A stretch of 63,946 nucleotides of DNA, the filler included, from Perkinsus olseni (lineage: Eukaryota), in the NCBI GenBank assembly GCA_013115125.1. It is 3 parts of 3 records of this genome, joined end to end, with 100 filler letters (N's around TTAATTAATTAA, not from the genome) between each part and the next. Parts side by side here need not be neighbours in the genome. Positions count along the whole stretch, not along the records: positions 21,436 to 42,664 come from JABANN010000557.1; positions 42,765 to 63,946 come from JABANN010000558.1; 1 more part is not named here. The stretch is one strand, 5' to 3'. Both the position numbers and the translations under genes were made by a program. Shown here piece by piece: positions 39,660-52,023 of this stretch (position 1 is its first letter; every line of letters starts with the position of its first letter). The notes under the pieces are model-generated. The model worked only from the letters and a program-made list of their open reading frames with translations. It was not told where the DNA came from and ran no database searches.

Positions 39660-42078
39660 TGTGTGTATCGCGGCGATATTATCGCCTTTTCAATCTGACG
39701 TGGCTGAACGTTATGGTCCGCCGGGACTCTGGAAAGGTCGTAAGACATCGCCACGCAGGTGTCGCTCTCGCACCATCTAGCGAAATCCTCGATAACCGGT
39801 ACTCGGTGTCCGGCAGGACGTTCGGAATGTTGTAGGTCCAATCGATCGGTCATGCCATTGGTCTCGATATGCACTTGGCTCCAGAATATTTGAAGGACGG
39901 CCCTGAGCTCACCGAATGGGAGGCTGAGGTCAGAGAAACTATGCATGACGTACGCGATCCTGACTTGTGGGGCTCGGCATACGATAAGGTGGGAAGGAAC
40001 ATCCCGCGGTACGGTGCAGGACTTGGCCAAATAATGGCGTCCCGACTCTTAGTCAGCTCACTGGAGACTCTCCAGTGGAGAGTAACGTCGAACAACGGTG
40101 CCTTCCTCGGCGAACGTCTCAGCTGTTACAGCTGTCTGTTGCTCAGATTTTGGGGCTCAATCTCCACCCTAAATACGGCGGATGGTATGCCTATCGCCTT
40201 GTTGTTGTGATCGATCTTGAAGTGAGGCGTCGTCGTGGATCATGAACGACGCTGGACGCTGATCGTTATGTTCGTCAGCTCGAGGAAGCCCTCTGTCGGC
40301 CGCTGTGGTGCGACTTGGGCTTAACGGAGCAGCAAAAGCGCGACATTCTAATGGAGTTCAACACCCAGCCTGACCTGGGCCGGTGGCGAGACGTGAGTTT
40401 TCTGTTTTTTCTGCTGCCTTCATGGGGTAGCCAGATGGCGATCAGGAGGGGTAACGGTGGAATGGGCCGCGTGAGAGTGCCTCACGATGAGTCGTGGGCA
40501 GCAAGCCTACTAGTGGCAGGTGTCAATTCTATTGAGGACCTACTGACTCAATGGCGCGGAAGAGGGCCCCATGCACTCTGTGTGTTTTTTCAGTTACCTG
40601 ACGGCCGTACGAGAAGGTGGCAGTATGATGCAGGTCAATACATGTAAGGTGGCTCACTTCGGGTTGGCAGACTGCTGTCGTCGCGAAAAAATTGATTTGT
40701 AACATTGCTAAAACGAGATGTGATGAAGTCGATTACCACTTGAAGTGGTAATCGATTACCACTGCGAAGTTCGCAGTTTTCGCGATTACCATCTAGTGGT
40801 TTACGCCATTTCGCGATTGACAGATGCTTCTCCATTGTTGCCGCTGTGGGAGTTACCGTCACATCCGAGCTGAATGCCCAGTGACTTCTGATAATATCAG
40901 ACCGATATCGCGTATACTGCTTGTTAACGAACCGGGCATATGATGGCAGTGTGCCCTATCATCGAATGTCCTACGTGCAAGCGTTAAGGACACATCGCTC
41001 GTATTTGCAAGAAACTGCCAGTCGACTCTGATCAAGCGAAGCCACGACAGCTGGAGGAACAGCATACAAGACTTGTATTGCAAGTGAGATGAGCGAAACA
41101 GACGGCGGAAGGGAGGTCCCAGTGAAACAAGAAATGGTGGAGGTACCATTGCTTGAGATCTTCACATGTCACGTGACACGAAGCCGTTGTCATTTGAGTG
41201 TCATGTGACATGATTGTCGCCGTCTACCTCACTGGCAATCACAAGGTCGATTTCGTCGCTGTGTGCGAGACTGTAATGGAATTCACGTCCGGCTACATTC
41301 ACGCCGTCATGCCAGGCACCACACTGGGGAATGCCATGGCCGGCAGAGTCGACGTCGAAGGTAGAAGCTTCATAGCTCACTTCACACAACCGCGTCGCAG
41401 TACCAGTAACTGAGATCGAGCCTCGATCATCGAGGCTAATGTAGGGGAGTACCTCTGAACACTAAGATTATATCCCTCGCTAAAGGTCAGCGGCGGAGTT
41501 ATGAAGGACCGCTATGCGGCGTTCCATCTCTCATCGGTCATGTTGGCCAACTTTGTGGCTGTAACGTGCCGGACATGGAAGTTGTGTTAAGGGGTACCGA
41601 ATCCTTCGTACAGCACCGGGCGTATAGTCGCCAGTAGAGGGTCTTCGCTATGGAAAAAATGAATCGTGGTCTATCCGTAACCGCAAATGGAGAATTCATT
41701 TTCCTTGTGATCTCAGAACACAAGGAACAGCGCTCACTGTTCTGATGTGCGCGTCTCTGGTCTTTTCAGGGAAATTTTTGATCAGCCGTATTTGCCCTGT
41801 TGGGTAATATATGCTATTGCTATAGGTATTTCCACGAGAAGAATCGTGCCAAGCGGGCTCGCTTCATGGAGCTGATGTATAACGAGTCAACCATGAAATG
41901 ACTTTAGTGTTTCCGACGACATCGAAGGTTATTGTGCTAGTGTCGCCCATCAGCTCGAGGAGCATCTTTGTGAAGTGTTCTCACCGCCAGTCGACTCAGT
42001 TGGGGCTATTCTTGCGATCGACTCCGTGAGCGAGTTCAGCAAAGTGAATATCTTCCCAAAAGCTTTTTGCTGTCTATA

Positions 42079-42664
42079 ATGTCGCCAATAGTAGTCGTGA
42101 CCGGTGCTAATAAAGGCATCGGTTATGAGGTCTCCAAGAAGCTCATCGCTGATGGCGCCAAAGTCATCATGACAGATAAAGATGAATCTAGATTGGGGGA
42201 AGCTGCTAGTGAGGGGACAGCTGTCTTCCTTCAACTTCAGCATTAGTGTTCCGCTCTCAGGCGAGCTGAAGCCCTTCGGTGCTGTCAAGTTGGACACCAC
42301 TAGCGATGACTCGATAAAGCTGGCCGAGCAGGAGGTTAGGTGGGGGAGCCTCGTGTCACCGCGGACGTGCTGTATGCTGACGGTTCTCAGCTTGCTCTTG
42401 CAGTTTCGATGATGCCGGTCTCCTTCTGCAGATAGAACGTCTCGCGCCTCTTATCGACGTCTTGATTAACAACGCCGGCGTCGCACACCACAGCGAGTCA
42501 TTTGAGCTTAAGAAGGTCTTCCCATTGAACCACCTTCAACTGAGCTCGATCGTGTCATCAGGCTGGGCTCACCGTGGGCACCAACTACTACGGAACGAAG
42601 CGTGTCACCAAGGCCCTCTACCCCCTCCTCAGCGACCATGGCCGCATCGTCAATGTCTGCAGCT
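42079..42664 (+). CDS. short-chain dehydrogenase/reductase (carbonyl reductase-like), truncated at contig end
   Basis: MSPIVVVTGANKGIGYEV, IDVLINNAGV and TNYYGTKRVTKALYPLL...GRIVNVCS across four exons. Confidence 0.88.
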
Positions 42665-42764
42665 NNNNNNNNNNNNNNNNNNNNNNNNNNNNNNNNNNNN
42701 NNNNNNNNTTAATTAATTAANNNNNNNNNNNNNNNNNNNNNNNNNNNNNNNNNNNNNNNNNNNN
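42665..42764. other. artificial contig spacer (N44-TTAATTAATTAA-N44)
   Basis: Identical in design to the first spacer. Confidence 0.97.
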
Positions 42765-44049
42765 GTCAAAGAATGCCTCAATGCTGTAGTGAAAGTATTC
42801 CGATCGCGGCACCGAGAATACAGGACGATCCCGGAACGGTTGCTCAGGTCAACCAGAAACCCGAACAGTTGCCCAGGTTATGCCGATATCTGGAAACGCT
42901 TCCTCGGATTTTGTACTTCTCCCTTGGATTCTGGGAATTACCCGTCTGAGACGAAGCCAAAGGAAGGCACTTACGGCTTTTACCCGGTTCTCTGAGAGTT
43001 AAACTGTCAGAGTTCTATTGCTTCGTTTGAAAAAGACCCTGTGTGTTACAGCGGCTGTAATAGAGCCCACCCTCGATCGCCTAGTGTGTAGTACTAGGTA
43101 CTACTCTTTGGCCTAGTGTATGGACCGCCGGATGTACTATCATAGCACACGGCGGTCAATCACGCCCATTTAGTCCACCAACGCCCTTGTATCGCTGCTC
43201 ACATCATCTATAACAGTACTGTTGATACATTGAAATTCAAAGCTCGAAAAGTGCCTCAAGAACGTCGCATCATTGAGAAGCCCTACAATAGGCGTCTAGC
43301 AGAAGGAAATGCTCTGAGAGACAGGAAGCTCGACATTCTCGTAGAGAGATTCTATTTACACCGCCTCTCACGTTGAGAGTCCCCCCAGTCATGACGAAAA
43401 CTTAGCAGGCATTGACCGAGAAACTAGTCGTTTGTTGCTACGAAGAAGATTAACCGACTGATCGGTAACAACAACGTTGCGTTCAGGAAGCACGTTTCAG
43501 TAAAAACGAAACACGAAGCAGATTCAAAAAACACAGGACCACAGCAGTGCTGTGACAGCACAACGCAACAGATTGAGTAAGAGAAGCACTCATGACGGTA
43601 AAAATACAACCAGGGTGTTGAACAACGACAACAGCCAACGGTGGTCTACTTTTCCAACTATTCTGAGGGATAATATTGTCCGAAAACGAAACCTTCCCAA
43701 CCCAGTTAAGAAAGACTAGCAGGAATCACAACAGAGTTCAACACACGTTAACAAAGTACATTTACCCTAAAACTGTCAGGTATCAAACACTCGGATGCAA
43801 TCACAACCGACCATGATCGACAGAATGTGAATATTACTGAGATAATGCAGGACAATTTGTCCTGGACAAAGCAGCCTAGTGGACCTCTGGACCTCAGCCA
43901 TGTCATTATGTAACTTCGATCTCAACGTATCGAACGTGGGCTGCGACTGGCAACGGCAATCCATGGACGAAAATTAAAACGGGAAATGATAATATAGTTA
44001 CTACATAGTAGTATGCCGGGCATACTATGCCCTGCATAGTAGTTTCTTT

Positions 44050-46650
44050 TTCCAGAAAATGTGGCGCATAGCTCTAACGCGAGATATGATGACATATAGC
44101 TGAGACTTGAGCCAAAGCTTATACGCAGACCTTCTGTCGGAGATCTGAGTCGCGAACATGCCTAATGTGTCACCCGTTACTTCATGAATTGACTGACCTT
44201 CATATTAACTTCTAGACGTTGCGGGATGGTGAAAACCTTTGAGATAGTTAGATCCTGCTATCTCTGGTCAATGAACTCCTGGTCATTGGCTGGTATATTT
44301 CTGCTCCCAGGAGGAGCTATGCTGACAGAGAAACTCCCCTCGTTCACGGGCGAGGTCCGAACGACGCAGAGCTGACTCTGGTGAAAAGCTCGTCTCCCGG
44401 AAGAGTCATTACAGGTGAATCTCATGATTGCCCCAACGAAGATTGTAATACTCTGTGGCGCTTGGAGCTTGCGATTCATCTTATTAACCATCCGTGTCTG
44501 ATTCACTGGGAGCCAAACATGGCCGCCATCAAGTGTGTAGCGGTCTACAGAACCGACGTTTACCTTGGGGATCGCTGCGATCCGATCGCATTATCTTGTC
44601 TGACCCGATCTAGCTGTCTCGTGACAGCTTCCTGTTCTGCTTCACCATGATCGAATATCTGTAGTGCCTCAGGAGGAATGTTATTCCAGTTAGGCCGAAA
44701 TTCGCAGTCCTGTCGAATCAAGTCCTGGATCCTCCGGATGTCTTCGTCAGTAGGCTGAAGTTGTTGGAATAGTGTGAGGACCTCCTGAAGCCGGAGGTCG
44801 TAGCAGAGCGCACGAATTTTTTCAACATAAACCCTCGCATCATGCGACTCGCATGGTCGTTATGATTGAAGGATTAGTCCACAGCAATGTCTGTTTGATG
44901 GGGGGAAGCTGATTAGGATCACCGCTACCCAGAATTAAAACACCACCGAATGGGAGTGGCGAGCGGTACAAGAACTGCAGAATCTTATTCTGAACATCAA
45001 GAATTTCTGCACCTTCTGTGCCAATCTCCTCGTGTACGATCACTCGGATAGATTTCGACCATTCCATCTTTACTGCATCTCTTGCTTACGTGGTCAGGGC
45101 TCTCTCCGCAAGAATTCGTGAAGAAAGTGAGGCAGCTACTGAAATTGAAAAAACTAGGTGGATATGCTCACCTCCTAAAGACGCCGCGCATTCACTAGCA
45201 GTACTAGTCACAATCGTGTTAAGGTCTTTGGATAGAGCATGAGCCTTTGGATAGAGCATAAGCACCCCAATGGGCGGTGACTTGAGATTTACCTGATCCG
45301 GGAGGCCCAAATAGAATAGGGGCCTGTACAAATGCTCGTTGCCCAGAACGGAAGGCGTCTATTGCTTCAATTCCTAAGTTCAACGCCCTTCGTTGCTCCT
45401 GGAAAGATTCCAGCGTTTGCGTCTCTCCTTGTTGGATCTCCGGCTGCCAATCCAATTTCCGGCTATTGATGAAGATATTCATCCAGGCTAGATATTCATC
45501 CATCCTATCAATTTTTTTGTATCATTTATCCTGAATGACTGGGTGGTTGGAGATGCCGGGGATCGAATCTTACTCACCGTAAGTGGGGCCTTCTATCGGA
45601 GTTCCGATGGCGAGGATCCGGCTCCGGACACAGACGGTCTGCGGTCCGAGGTCGCGCCTCTGAATGCGAAGGAGTTCGATATGACAGACCGACTGGAAAG
45701 TTTGAAGGCAATGGAAAAGTTTATCATTGATAAATGTGTCTAATGGATAAACAAAAGTAGGTTAGTTGCTTGAGATAAGTTTCCCCGGAAACATATCTGT
45801 GGAGGAAAGCACGTTGTTCAGTCTAATTTGCTTGTCAGATGGTTGTGTGGTTGGCAGTATTTTGACTCGCCAAGGTAACCCTATGGTTGAATTATCAGAG
45901 CGCCTATGCAGTCTGGTGAGCGGAAGTTCTGACGTTGATAACGAAGGCTTTCCGTGCATGAGTAACATTTGCATGAGCGAGAATAATGCATTACTGATGT
46001 GTGATATCTTCGAAACCCGGCATCTCGGGTGGTCCAGAGTCTTCGAGCTTCTGACCTCTCTACTGGCGAAACCCAAAGTAGCCGACCTGTACACCGGGCG
46101 GGAGATTCCTTCATTCGACCATCGGGATGGCACATCTATCGCATCGAGCTTCATATACCTTGTCGACAACTGGACCAACATAAAGGCACTGATGGCCAAG
46201 TTGACAGATATCGGAATATGGAATCTGTAATACTGTTTGGCAGCGGCCGAAATCGTGCTTCAGGGTCTCTTGGTTTTCAGTCTCGATGAGGAAGAAAGGG
46301 CTGCCCAAGAAGAACTGGTGAGGATATTCTGTGCTGCCGATCGCCATCAGAACGCGATTGATGCGAAGTCTATCCTACAACGAAAATTTCAACAAGGTCC
46401 TGCGCTGGTTGGAGTTAAAGCAGAGGATCCAGGATATTATTCAAAATGGGAGCGACCAGCTGTCGGTCCGCTGCAGAATTGCGTGCATCATCGCGGTAGC
46501 CTACCGCCGGTAGGCAACAGCCAATTCTCGGACGCGTTGAATTTTGTTGGATAATACTTTAATCTCCTTGCCAAAGCCGTCTATCCAAGGAGATTCACAG
46601 ATATTGAAACGGACCAACGCTTCCTGAGAGCCTGCCCGGCGGCACGAATC
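44050..46650 (-). pseudogene. decayed PIF1-family helicase, probably the helicase half of a Helitron-like RepHel
   Basis: Frameshifted fragments in correct order: FGPPGSGKS (Walker A), AASLGGEHIH, IVHEEIG (Walker B-like), PFGGVLILGSGDPNQLPPI, SIHEVTGDTL and SQLYVIISRVR. No introns. Extension beyond ~45500 is less certain. Confidence 0.75.
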
Positions 46651-46955
46651 CTGCCTCTTGGAATTGTCAGTCGGACAGTACTTCTTCTTCTTCTTGTCTC
46701 GAGCCTATCACAAGCTCTAATCTAGAACAATTCGTTAGGGTTTCGTGCTCTTCTGAGGAGAGTAAGTCTTACCATCTCGGCATATATAGTCACCAGCGTT
46801 GAGTAGGTCTTGATCCTGACATCCTTGAGTGGCTGGTCATTCTTGAGTCATTCTCCTCGAGAATGACACTCTCAGAATGTCCAGAGTGGCTCTATTCAAA
46901 TGACATACTGTCGTCGTCCTCGTCATGGTCGCATTATTGATGTGGCCGTCCGGAG

Positions 46956-46998
46956 ATTGAAGACCATAGGCTTCGAGTCGAAGCCTATGGTCTTCAAT
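46956..46998. repeat. perfect inverted repeat, 21-bp arms, 1-nt loop
   Basis: ATTGAAGACCATAGGCTTCGA-G-TCGAAGCCTATGGTCTTCAAT. Confidence 0.95.
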
Positions 46999-47693
46999 GT
47001 CGAAGCCAAGCCATGGGCTTCATGTCGAAGCCTTCGACATGCTGTGGCGGGCTGGTTGAGCTTCGGGATCTTGGGGTCTTTCAGACTGAAAGCCCGACTA
47101 TGTCTGCCTATGCATTGCTGTACAGTCTATACTATAGACTCTATGTTATAGACTGCGCCTTATAGCTCAACTTGAGCTTGAGCTGCTCAAGGTTTTCAAC
47201 CAGGGATCCGATCCAAGGTGTCAGGTCCCTGAGAGGTCAAGGCGAATATCGATACGAAACCCGGCCTGAAAATTCTCGGAACACCTCTCCAACTACCGTC
47301 AAGGATTCATATTTAAACATTCAACCGCTTACGAGAAACTCTCTGTCGATATTGGACAAGAAGACATGGGATACCCTAGCTGCTAGGGCCTAGCAGTGCT
47401 AGGCTAGCACTTTACTAGCGTCTTGTACACTGTCTACCACGGTACTACCGTGACGGTAGTGTCTAGTCTGCTACAACTAACTGCCCCGTGACTGCTAACA
47501 CTCCGGTAGTGTCACGACGAGAGCCTCTCGTCGAGAGGCTTTGTCGGCAGTGCAAATACCAATAGTCCTGTGTAGTACTGCTAGTTGTCCAGTTGTCCTA
47601 TCAACACTCCAACACTCGATTAGAGTCTTCGACTGTTGAACATGCAGTCTGGTACTTTCACAGGCTGGGTTCACCCGACTAGTAGTCGGTAGA

Positions 47694-47779
47694 AGAATGC
47701 TATGGCCCATGAAGCCGACGTAGTCGGCTTCATGGGCCATAGCATTCTGTTATATACCATAGCCTATGGCATATAACAG
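47694..47779. repeat. perfect inverted repeat (26-bp arms, 3-nt loop) abutting a second 16-bp-arm hairpin
   Basis: AGAATGCTATGGCCCATGAAGCCGAC-GTA-GTCGGCTTCATGGGCCATAGCATTCT, then CTGTTATATACCATAG-C-CTATGGCATATAACAG (one mismatch). Confidence 0.95.
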
Positions 47780-49247
47780 GAGTGCAGTTATTCGCACTAC
47801 TGACGTTGATAATAGCTCACCCAAGCGAAGTCAGAATGTTAGACATTTGGCTACTACTGTTCCACGACCCGAACCCGAACTGACCATCTACCGACTCGAT
47901 AATACGGTGCTACTACTGTAGTACCGAGACCCATCGGATGATCCGCGATGCGAAGAGGCTGTCTGGTATTAACTATTCTATTCTGTATCGCCTTATCCCA
48001 GTGATACACTCACTTCACCGAGAGAGGACTGATTCCTCAGGACTCGAACGAACTGTCATTCTCCATACATTGTCCAAACAAAGCTCTTGAGTGAGTACAA
48101 AAGATGATACTAGCTGCACGAAACTAGTACCGTGCTTCGGGACAGCGACATAACATGTGGTCATAAAAATATCCCACGCCCATCAGACACCGATCATGAA
48201 GAGATAGGAAATACAAATCATTAAGAGTAATTCATTGTAGCATTCGGCGTACTGCTCGTTCGACTACGTCGTGCCTTTCAAGACGGAGCTCCAGTGCAGT
48301 GGACTGAAATGACTTGATAGGATTTAAGAGGCGTGCCGTCCGTCAGCGAGACGCGGGCGCTGGTAATTGCAGGTTAATTTCCATCAACTGTTATTGCTCG
48401 ATGAACAAACGCGGCCTTGCAAGGTCACGCAAGTTTCGATTCGAAACTTCGAAACAAAGAGTTTGAGAGCTTTACTTCGGAAAGATTTGCGGTTCCCAAT
48501 CCCACCCTGAGGTTCGGATACAACATCCGGAGCAGTAGCTAATTTAGAAGTAGGAGCAACAGTAGCTTCTCATGAGGTGAAGACCGCTAACATAGAATTT
48601 CTATGATAAGAATGGATTGGAGAGAAATACGGCACGGTTTCTTGGAGGAGAAATCGATTAGCTGGGGATAGAACCCTGGCTTATCGTCGAATTGGTTGGA
48701 TATCGGGCGTGCGCTAAGTTGGATTCGGGCATGAAACGCATGAATGGTGCGGAGGTAGGAATCCTTCGGAAGCTCCAGGCACGGCTTCGCATCGTCTTGT
48801 TGAGCTAATGGTGCCCTTCGGCACTGATTTTTTTTTCTTTCCTAGGAAATACTTTGAAGTGATTTGCACAACGAACTCGCTAACTTAACTGCTCACGATG
48901 ATGAGGGAACTTTAGTTTGTTCCGAATATTCGTAAAAAATCTTTCGACGATTATCGTCACGAGCCACCCGTGAGTAAACTTGTCTACACTGACAGCAGGA
49001 AGCCCACAGTGGAGCCGACGAAATACAGGCAGTGGCGAAAACCGGTGATGACTGATCATTCAGTGGTCACCGTTACGGGCGATAATTTATTGCTTTACAG
49101 AGACAGACGATGACCACCAGCGATGATCGATAGAAATAAAGTGCTAGTCACTTTAAAAGAAGTCTGTGGGCTTTGATGATGGAAAGACCCACGTGACGTG
49201 GGCCACGTCGCTTGGTGGAATTAAGACACATACTGGATGGGGCTTGG

Positions 49248-50636
49248 TTAAAAGTTCGGGGCCAAGGCGTACAGTAGAGAGCGTGGATCCCACGGGTGTA
49301 GGTCTGTTGACCAACCAACACTCTGTTGTAGGGCAATGCCGTGGAGCCCACGCTTCTTTGCCAACCCAATCTTTTCGATAGCACGAGGTTGGGAGAAGAA
49401 GTAGGCTCGTATCGCAGGATCTTTAGGATCGACTTCGACGGAGCCATCTCCTTTAGGATCTCCTTTGTCGTCAAATATCACCGAAGAGTACCCAGTTGTC
49501 CAGCCAGTAGAGGAAACCTTGGCAGTAAGAGTTACCTGAGAGGGAGGCCGCAGCCTGCCGCCCGCAGGGAAGCTTCGAAGCAGCAGAGCAACTCCGTGTT
49601 TGTGATGATATTTAGTATAATGAAAACACGCATCATAGTACTGTCAGTACTGTACTGATTCAGGACTAGTGCATCGATAGACGCTAGCGTGGCTGGAACT
49701 GGATGCTCACCAAGTGACCGTCACTCACAACTAAGACTATCGTGTTGGGACGCACTCCTGCCGAGATGACGTTCTTGATGATCCCCTCGGCAAAATTATT
49801 TGTGTTGAAGACAGGTATGTCGTCTTTGCTCCACGGCCATATAACCACGAAGTGAGTGTCCGCAATATTCCCCAAGCCATCGTCTTTAACAACTTGCCAG
49901 TTATTATTCGTGAACCTGACATACAGGCTCCGGCATTCGAAGAATTGAGGACGATATCCAATAATACATCACGCGCATCGTCACACTCAGTTTCAGAATA
50001 TCGCGTCTCGTCTTGCCCGAGAAGGCCAGAGACGCTAAGGCCGCGATTTCGCGCAGATAATACCCTTCAAAGCTACGGAACTGACGGGTCGTACCACAAT
50101 GAACAATGTAGATTTTTCTCTTTGACCGCTTCCAGAATTTTCTTCAAAGATTGAGCCCTAGCGGAGCCCGCTGGATTTACACCCAATCGGAAGCCGTCGA
50201 CAGGGAAGTCCTTGATGAACTTAGTCACGCTCTCGAGGAAGGTTGTCTTGTCGAAGTTGAAGGGCTCATCGTCGTATATCCCCAAGTCGGCGAGTATTCT
50301 CCCGCCTCTGGCTTTGACTCGCTCTTTCAGAGCCTTAAACGCCGTCTTGTCCCAGTGAGGGTAATAAACGGGGTGAACCTTACTTTGTTGCACATTGTAT
50401 CCGCCGAGCACGAAGTTCTTCACACCATGTTCGGTGAGGTAGTTGAAGAAAAAGTCCCAAGTATATTCAGTAACGGGGCACTTTCCCTTAGCTGTGTAAC
50501 TTGTAGGCCCTTCTAGGAGGCTCCACGTGTACCTGATCTCTTTGTAGAACTCCAAGTCGTGACCGGGAGAGGGGGACGGTGAAACCGAAGAAATGACCAA
50601 GTCGAAGAGACTGACGAGCTGGAAGGTCGCCCGCAT
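49248..50636 (-). CDS. secreted GH18 chitinase-like protein, probably non-catalytic (paralog A)
   Basis: Three exons. Signal-like N-terminus, then FKALKERVKARGGRILADLG and FLESVTKFIKDFPVDGFRL at the position of DGxDxDxE. C-terminus FFSQPRAIEKIGLAKKRGLHGIAL...DLHPWDPRSLLYAL. Confidence 0.65.
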
Positions 50637-52023
50637 GTGATACGGAAAGTATAGAACTGTTGGGTGCAGGTCAGATCACTCGCCGTCCCGGAGGGTCGGC
50701 CCCAGTGCAGGACACCTCTGTTGCGCCTTCCACCCGGGTCTGTCCCCAAGGAGCTCCGTGTGCGCCGCTACCATTTCCTTGCGGGTCTCAAGAGTCTCGA
50801 TGATGCTGGAATGATTAGAGGTTTCTCGAACTAAGACTCTTCCAGTCTTTGCAGGACTGATCCACTCGCTATTCCCGTCACTATCGAACTCAGTTTGATG
50901 GCCTATCAATGATGGGCTAGAGTTCTCCGGCGGGCGGTATCCGCAACGGACGGCCGCTGTGATGATTTAGACAGCCGGTGCGTGCTGTGCGGGTTCCCGC
51001 GGCGCAGCTCTTGGTCGGGAGGGTAGGGAGTTAACGGCCCATTTGTCGGTAGTGCAGGGTATCCGTCAACGTAACCGTAACGGAGACACTTACACGTAAC
51101 CGTAAAACAGTAACGGGCACACGGACCACAATGGTAGCGGCCCGTTACCATTGTGGTCAATTGGTTGCCAGAAACTCGTTGGGCTAGTTCACTCGGGACC
51201 GTCCGGCCGCTATGAAGATCAAGCAGCCGTTCGTGCTCTGTTACGTGCTGGGTCTCGAGTTCGAGTTACACCTTGAATTCTGACTAGGCGAAATTTCCCC
51301 CAGAGGAAATTCACCTGGATTGAGTGGATGTGAGTGAAAGCCCTAGAGCCTGAGTCAATGATCAGGCCAATTTCGTGTTCTACTCTATAGCCGAGTGCAG
51401 AGTGCGCGTATTTGCTCAGACTCGCCCTCGCTGCGAGGGCCTCGCATCAGGATTCGCGTACCGGCCCTGTTCTAATTCGACTCTTCACGAACATGAGCAG
51501 CTGTGTTTCGTTCCGAATATTCTAAATATAGTCTAGCGACTGGACTGAGTCCAGAGAAATCGTGTGTGAGAGTTTGACCGGGCCCCGCCTCATGAACGCG
51601 ACTCCCAGGAGATGCCATTGAGGCTCAAGATCAGTAACTAACTGCTGAATCATAGGCCGGATGATTGTGGAGCCTACTACGACTCAGACTTGGGTTGTAC
51701 GAACGAGTGACTGGCCTTTGCTCGGCCCGAGCATAGGACGCGTGCCCACGATTGCACGCGAGCGCACTGAGCTTAGAAGTAAGTGGTGAAAAATAGACCG
51801 AGAGACAGGCGACACACACCACCTGTGTGTGAGGCCGACTATCGGCCATCCATCAAACCATAGCGTATACCGACCACCGGGTGCTGGCACCCGAGCAAAC
51901 CGGTGAAAACTGACCACTCAATGGTCTCCGCTATTTACAGGGACACACGATGGCTACCTCGGGATCCGAAGCTCGGATCGATCGAAATAAAATGCTCATC
52001 AGTGATGAGTGATGAGTCATCAC

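Noticed and set aside
39075..40030. 184-aa and 188-aa repetitive minus-strand ORFs
   Set aside because: Translations of the tRNA array; the 162-bp period is a multiple of three.
45766..46230. 154-aa plus-strand ORF
   Set aside because: No recognisable motif; it lies antisense to the decayed helicase-element region.
51030..51475. Possible MITE with GTAAC(C/G)G subterminal repeats and TAGTGCAGGG/CCCTGTTCTA ends
   Set aside because: The ends match only 8/10 and there is no target-site duplication.
51610..51629. Partial matches to the perkinsid/dinoflagellate spliced leader (also ~53446 and ~44107)
   Set aside because: Only 11-14 nt match, in the wrong orientation or position relative to genes, and with no SL RNA donor context.
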